A stretch of DNA of 57,620 bases from a virus (Duplodnaviria; Caudoviricetes). The stretch covers positions 1 through 57,620 of IMG/VR virus record IMGVR_UViG_3300031951_000180; one strand, written 5' to 3'. Every line of letters starts with the position of its first letter. Position 1 is the stretch's first letter. Positions 54,560 through 57,620 of this stretch are shown here, piece by piece. The notes below the pieces were generated by a model. It saw only the letters and a program-made list of their open reading frames with translations. It was not told the origin of the DNA and did not search any database. A program made the translations under genes and the position numbers.

Positions 54560-56085
54560 CAGATCAGGAGAATGTTGGGTTCGTCGTCTTGGCCTTGGGC
54601 CTCCGCGGAGCACACGCCCAGCGGCATTATCAAAGCGACAGCGGCGTCAATTCGTCCGGTGGAGTGCGAGTGGCTTTTCGTGGGCTTGATGTTGCCCGCG
54701 TCGTCCTGCTTCACCTGCATGTTGCTGATATGGAGGGCCAGCGGCGGATTGCCCGCATGGCGGATTTTCTGGCCTAAAACCAGGGTTTCGAGCAGCTTCG
54801 TCGGCGCCGACAAGCTGGCGTAGCCCTGTCCATACGGCTTGACATCGACCCCCTCATTGACGAGTTGCGTCGTCAAATGGGTGGCATTCCATCGGTCAAT
54901 GGCAACAGACTTGACCCAGTTCTTCTCGCAAAACGAGAGAACGTAGTCACGAACCGCGTCATAATCCGTCACGTTGCCTTCTGTTAGTGTAACAAAACCA
55001 TCCTTGGCCCATTGGCGATACGGGGCTTCGTCGCGGTCGGCGCTCTCCTCGGGGATGAAGAGATGGGCCATCACGTCGAACGAGCCATCCTCGTCGGGCC
55101 AGATGGCGCAGAACGCCGTCGTGTCGCTCGTGCTCGACAAGTCGAGGCCGCAGTAGCACGGGCGGCCCTCAGTCGGCCGCAGCGGCGAGTTGCACGCTTC
55201 CCACTGGCCTGTGCGGAAGAACTTATTCGCGCCGTTGCTGCACCACATATTCAAATACAAAGTCCGAAATTTGACCTCCTCGGCCACGCTCTCGCGGGCG
55301 AGCATCGCCTCTCGCTCCATGAACTCCTTGCGGACGGTGATGCCGTAGTTCGGATTAGCCTTCTTCCACGTCGATTCGGCGAAGATGTCGTCATCCTGAT
55401 CGGCCGCGAAGATGCACGGCAGAAACGTCGGATCGTTGATGATTCCGTCGCGAACCTTGAGCGCCCGCTGCCACTCCTCGTAGCAGGGGCCGACGCGATC
55501 CATGCCCGCCGTCGTTACATAGATGACGAGCGGCTCGTCCCGCATGCCCATGCCGCTCTCTAATACATCGACGAGATCGCGATTCGGCTGGACGTGATAT
55601 TCGTCTACAATCACCACGCTCGGATTGAAGCCGTGTTTACCTTTGTGCTCGCTGGATAGGAATTGAATTGTGCTATTCTTACCGGGGATAACAATCGACC
55701 CCTTGTATATCTTCGACCGACGCTGCAAGCCTGGGCAGGATTCGATGAACCGCGAAGCCGCCGTGAACAGGAGGCTCGCCTGCTTGCGGTCGCCGGCCGC
55801 GATCAGAATCTGGCCCCCGTCGTCGCCGAAGAAGCCCTCGTAGGCGCCGATTAAGGCGCAAGTCGCGGTCTTTCCGGCCTTCCGGGGGACTGCCAGGAGG
55901 GACCGCTGATACTGCCGGCTGCCATCCGGCCGCTTCGTCTCGTAGAGCCGACGAAGATACTCCTCCTGCCACGGCTGGAGGGTGAAAGGCTCCCCTGCGA
56001 ATCTCCCTTCGCTGTGCCGCAGCCACGAAGCGAACTCACAGATGTCAGGCTTGCTTTCCAAAATACTTGTCGGTTGGGTCGTCAA
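54559..56085 (-). CDS. Terminase large subunit (start approximate)
   Basis: LQPWQ, PRKAGKT, VIVDE, GLDLS, IDAAVA. Confidence 0.95.
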   Translation of the reverse strand: MTTQPTSILESKPDICEFASWLRHSEGRFAGEPFTLQPWQEEYLRRLYETKRPDGSRQYQRSLLAVPRKAGKTATCALIGAYEGFFGDDGGQILIAAGDRKQASLLFTAASRFIESCPGLQRRSKIYKGSIVIPGKNSTIQFLSSEHKGKHGFNPSVVIVDEYHVQPNRDLVDVLESGMGMRDEPLVIYVTTAGMDRVGPCYEEWQRALKVRDGIINDPTFLPCIFAADQDDDIFAESTWKKANPNYGITVRKEFMEREAMLARESVAEEVKFRTLYLNMWCSNGANKFFRTGQWEACNSPLRPTEGRPCYCGLDLSSTSDTTAFCAIWPDEDGSFDVMAHLFIPEESADRDEAPYRQWAKDGFVTLTEGNVTDYDAVRDYVLSFCEKNWVKSVAIDRWNATHLTTQLVNEGVDVKPYGQGYASLSAPTKLLETLVLGQKIRHAGNPPLALHISNMQVKQDDAGNIKPTKSHSHSTGRIDAAVALIMPLGVCSAEAQGQDDEPNILLI

Positions 56086-56527
56086 CCACCTTCACCGCGC
56101 CGTAGCCGAGGCGGGTGCGATCGGCCGGGGTCAGGCCGAGGACGGTTTCGAGCTGACGCAGTTGTTCGTGGCAGTGATTGCTCTGGGATTGCCACTTGTT
56201 CGGCCGGCTGAAGCGCAGCGAGCCGTCGGGAGCCGTAACCTCGACGTAGCCGCAGCCGTCCTTGGCGAGCTGCATCTCGGCCTCTCGCCAGCGATCCCAG
56301 ATGATCGAGTAGCGGGCGATCACCTCGAGGTCGCTCTCGGCCAGCGTACCCATTCGCTGCGTGTAGCCGCAGACAAGGCGGAACATCTCCTGCGCCGCCG
56401 GCCGCAGCCACTCGGGCGGCTCGGGGAGGGAGTTCAGCGGGGTGCCAAGCTCTTCGCGGTAGTTGGCCTCCTCAGAGCCTCTCAGCTTGAGTTGATGCTT
56501 CGGTATTGGTGCTGGGCCGCGTACCAT
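56045..56527 (-). CDS. Terminase small subunit, P27 family
   Basis: RGPAPIP..LKLRG, PPEWL, LGLTPADRTRL. Confidence 0.92.
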   Translation of the reverse strand: MVRGPAPIPKHQLKLRGSEEANYREELGTPLNSLPEPPEWLRPAAQEMFRLVCGYTQRMGTLAESDLEVIARYSIIWDRWREAEMQLAKDGCGYVEVTAPDGSLRFSRPNKWQSQSNHCHEQLRQLETVLGLTPADRTRLGYGAVKVVDDPTDKYFGKQA

Positions 56528-56538
56528 GCATAGTAGTA

Positions 56539-57537
56539 TCACTGTGTAGGCAATTGCCCCGCAAGTGAGTCTGACTTCCTAATGTTGCACCTCCAGCACG
56601 CCGCCTGGACGTTGTCGGGCCGGTGGCCTGGGCCTAACGGGCCGAGCGATAGCGGAATGATGTGGTCTATCGTGGGACTTCGCGGGTGCGGCGACTCAGT
56701 ATCGCCGACCTTCGTCCACTTGGGGAGAAGCTCACAGCGGCAAATCTGGCACGTCCAGTTGTCTCGATTGAATATCGACTTTATAGGAAATGACTCGTAG
56801 TGGCACCCATACTTTATGCACCTGTGCTTATGCCCACCCTTATGACACCCCTGATTGAGCGTGTCGGCTGCGTCGTTGCCCCACGAGTGAAACCAAATCC
56901 CAAGCTCATCGCCAACGGTAGTCTCTCGCCTCCTCGTGAGTCTGGCGCACGGGAGTCTCAGCCGCCTCGCCTCGAATGCACACCCTCGCGAACAGTATTT
57001 CCCAGAGTTCCGTCCTGTTGACCGCTTGCGGAACGGCTTCTGGCAGCAAAGACACTGAAGCCTTGCTGGCTTTCTTTTGCCAACTCGCGAGGCGATGACG
57101 CAGGCCGGGGAACAGAACTCCTGGGTTGTGCCGCGGCGCCTAAATGGCTGGCTGCACTGCTTGCAGTTCTTGGTGACGCGATTCGGCTCATACCGGCACT
57201 TATCGCTGCAAAACTTAGCGGTTTTCATCCCAGTGAACGTAACGCCGCAGCGACCGCACACCCTGTCGCAGTATCGCCCTCGGCTCTTCGCAATGTTCCT
57301 GCACTCACTTGAGCAGTAGCCCCGCGAGCGACCCCGCGATCGCGGGTTCTGCTCAACAGGAACCCCGCACGATGAGCACGGGACTGACTGCGGCTTTCGC
57401 TTGCGCCCGCCGCCGATGCGGAGGCACTCTCGAGAGCAGTAGGTGCGCGGCTTGAAGCCGAGCGGCGGCGGCACCGGCGAGGCGCAGACTGGGCATCGTT
57501 TGCCATCCTTGGCGTCTCCTCCGGCGTCTCCACGCAC
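56539..57537 (-). CDS. HNH endonuclease with multiple Zn-finger (CSxxC) repeats; start uncertain
   Basis: Five (Y/F)CSxxC units; RDNWTCQIC, TIDHIIPL, NVQAACWRCN. Confidence 0.85.
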   Translation of the reverse strand: MRGDAGGDAKDGKRCPVCASPVPPPLGFKPRTYCSRECLRIGGGRKRKPQSVPCSSCGVPVEQNPRSRGRSRGYCSSECRNIAKSRGRYCDRVCGRCGVTFTGMKTAKFCSDKCRYEPNRVTKNCKQCSQPFRRRGTTQEFCSPACVIASRVGKRKPARLQCLCCQKPFRKRSTGRNSGKYCSRGCAFEARRLRLPCARLTRRRETTVGDELGIWFHSWGNDAADTLNQGCHKGGHKHRCIKYGCHYESFPIKSIFNRDNWTCQICRCELLPKWTKVGDTESPHPRSPTIDHIIPLSLGPLGPGHRPDNVQAACWRCNIRKSDSLAGQLPTQ

Positions 57538-57620
57538 CCCGACAGCCTACACAAGACGAGTATTTTCTCCAAATCGTCGGGGCAGCGAAAAGGGTACGCC
57601 CTCCGGAGCGCACGCGGCCA

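Overview
The window looks like most or all of a ~57.6 kb, GC-rich, temperate-looking siphovirus genome. The host is probably a Planctomycete, but this is inferred only from gene content (CsrA, TatA, papain-like protease, tandem tail-tube paralogues). Layout: (1) 1-300 terminal tandem repeats; (2) 330-5958 a plus-strand early-type region of small ORFans, nearly all preceded by a shared hairpin + GTGGAAAC + GAGGA..GACGATG leader; (3) 5955-25317 a minus-strand block with HNH, a papain-protease/membrane cassette, glycosyl- and methyl-transferases, VRR-NUC, GNAT, an N6/N4 DNA methylase, a tRNA-like element, TatA, CsrA, SF1 helicase, prim-pol and SNF2 helicase; (4) 25706-27405 two convergent tyrosine recombinases; (5) 27525-34000 a C5 methylase and a nucleotide-metabolism module; (6) 34092-57537 an HK97-type morphogenesis operon on the minus strand (TerS, TerL, portal, protease, MCP, a glycosyltransferase, connectors, three tail-tube paralogues, frameshifted chaperone, tape measure, fibres). 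The best candidate for a novel system is a phage-encoded CsrA together with an array of GGA-rich structured leaders on the early genes. Other leads are TatA plus a twin-arginine substrate, a possible virion glycosylation/O-methylation pathway, the recombinase pair, and a candidate non-canonical lysis cassette. All product calls come from motif recognition by eye; no database searches were run.
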